DNA of 52,945 bases from Candidatus Yanofskybacteria bacterium (lineage in GTDB: Bacteria; Patescibacteriota; Minisyncoccia; 2-02-FULL-40-12; IGHO2-01-FULL-4-A). Position 1 is the first letter of the stretch; every line of letters starts with the position of its first letter. Of this stretch, positions 52,871 through 52,945 are shown one piece after another. A program made the position numbers and the translations under genes. The notes beneath the pieces were generated by a model. That model saw only the letters and a list, made by a program, of their open reading frames with translations, searched no databases and was not told the origin of the DNA. Where the stretch lies: assembly GCA_016181175.1 (NCBI GenBank), contig JACOZV010000004.1, positions 73,718 through 126,662 of the forward strand, written 5' to 3'.

Positions 52871-52945
52871 CGGAATCGGGAATTTCTTTTTGCCCCGAAA
52901 AATCCGTACGATTTGGTCGCCGAGACCCGCCGAAGGCGGGGCGAG
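52871..52945. repeat. Right copy of the 75-bp inverted repeat (IR-R), truncated by the window end
   Basis: Exact reverse complement of 51401-51475. Identity stops at the inner boundary (52870 differs) and may continue beyond 52945. Confidence 0.9.

Overview
This is a chromosomal segment from a small-genome bacterium that appears to have a single membrane. Gene content and layout look most like Patescibacteria/CPR, but that is inference only because no search was possible. About 55 protein genes are present, mostly on the minus strand.

Gene content, left to right:
- dnaG-rpoD
- an NrtR / NadM-Nudix / NadV NAD-salvage operon
- an orphan acyl-CoA dehydrogenase
- a DUF2975/YozG pair next to tRNA-Ser(GGA)
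- htpX, pyrG, lemA, fusA, rpsT, ftsW, mraY, a DD-carboxypeptidase and a GAD-less aspS
- a TonB_C protein, rpsL-rpsG, an M50 protease, rpmB, tRNA-Pro(GGG), a Nudix gene and ndk
- a split comEC, gatC-gatA and ligA
- two large secreted proteins
- a complete type IV pilus cluster without a secretin (pilM/N/O, pilB, pilT, pilC, pilA, pilD, four minor pilins), followed by comF
- parAB, tRNA-Leu(CAA) and a large serine recombinase at the right edge

The most unusual signals are non-coding:
1. Four copies of a ~190-200 bp element bounded by terminal inverted repeats (TIRs) and rich in hairpins. Helix geometry is conserved across copies while the helix sequence differs. Each copy sits 13-29 nt upstream of a start codon.
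2. A second family of ~70-bp hairpin repeats found only in the intercistronic gaps of the pilus operon.
3. A free-standing ~110-nt small RNA gene with a near-consensus promoter and an intrinsic terminator.
4. A serine recombinase gene flanked by perfect 75-bp inverted repeats. One repeat abuts tRNA-Leu and the other is cut by the window end.
5. tRNA-Ser fragments suggesting an old integration scar.

All coordinates for hairpins and repeats were read by eye and may be off by a few nt. No database search or folding program was available.
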